Of a DNA stretch of 45,418 bases, positions 45,239-45,418 are shown one piece after another; position 1 is the first letter of the stretch; each line of letters opens with the position of its first letter. The notes beneath the pieces were generated by a model. It was not told the origin of the DNA. It did no database searches and saw only the letters and a list, made by a program, of their open reading frames with translations. This DNA comes from a candidate division WOR-3 bacterium (GTDB lineage Bacteria > Hydrothermota > Tepidihabitantia > SM23-42): contig DAOVAN010000002.1 of the NCBI GenBank assembly GCA_030671005.1, positions 1 through 45,418 on the forward strand, given 5' to 3'. The position numbers were made by a program, and so were the translations under genes.

Positions 45239-45418
45239 ATGCTCGTTAACCTAAACGACATCCTCCCTAAAGCCCGTAAAGAAGGATATGCAGTGGGTGC
45301 CTTCAATACCTCCAATCTCGAAATCACCCAGGCAATCATCCAAGCCGCGGAGAACTCAAACGCACCGGTTATTGTAGCAACGAGTGAAAAGGCAATCAGA
45401 TATGCTGGGATTGAGAAT
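45239..45418 (+). CDS. fba: class II fructose/tagatose-bisphosphate aldolase (5' fragment, runs off the window)
   Basis: Hand translation gives MLVNLNDILPKARKEGYAVGAFNTSNLEITQAIIQAAENSNAPVIVATSEKAIRYAGIEN, a typical FbaA/KbaY-family N-terminus. It is absent from the ORF track because no stop lies in the window. Confidence 0.75.
   Translation, partial: MLVNLNDILPKARKEGYAVGAFNTSNLEITQAIIQAAENSNAPVIVATSEKAIRYAGIEN

Overview
A 45.4-kb chromosomal window, mostly housekeeping and envelope genes, from an uncultivated-looking bacterium. Two secreted proteins carry T9SS-type C-terminal sorting domains and there is a V/A-type ATPase, which suggests the FCB superphylum or a related candidate phylum. 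This placement is inference only. I call about 40 CDSs. They include a BNR/Asp-box protein, a cNMP-binding protein, an OmpA-family protein and a GGDEF-AAA-TPR protein. There is a Yip1/TolC/MacA/MacB efflux operon, a cobalamin riboswitch with a TonB-dependent receptor, recJ, pgeF, a C11 peptidase and an isoaspartyl peptidase. There is also a DUF4388 plus TPR membrane pair, a 4-subunit 2-oxoacid:ferredoxin oxidoreductase, a radical-SAM/RNase G/transketolase operon, hemolysin III, archease and an MFS transporter. A partial V-type ATPase operon (G/H, I, K, E) runs directly into an EF-G paralogue, lgt and comF. A class II aldolase is cut off at the window edge. RNA genes are tRNA-Glu(UUC) and RNase P RNA. 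The standout observation is the RNase P RNA at 17191-17935. It has an intact type-A core and a consensus promoter but is about twice the normal length. Three approximately 85%-identical ~76-nt structured modules sit at the tips of P9, P12 and the P16/P17 arm, and the third module carries a further nested ~137-nt insertion. Secondary observations include a nested inverted-repeat element between hlyIII and archease, a recurrent leaderless-promoter geometry, an EF-G paralogue with NKLS in place of NKxD, and several small unannotated ORFs and structured intergenic regions. No CRISPR array, transposase, integrase or recognisable defence or toxin system was seen.
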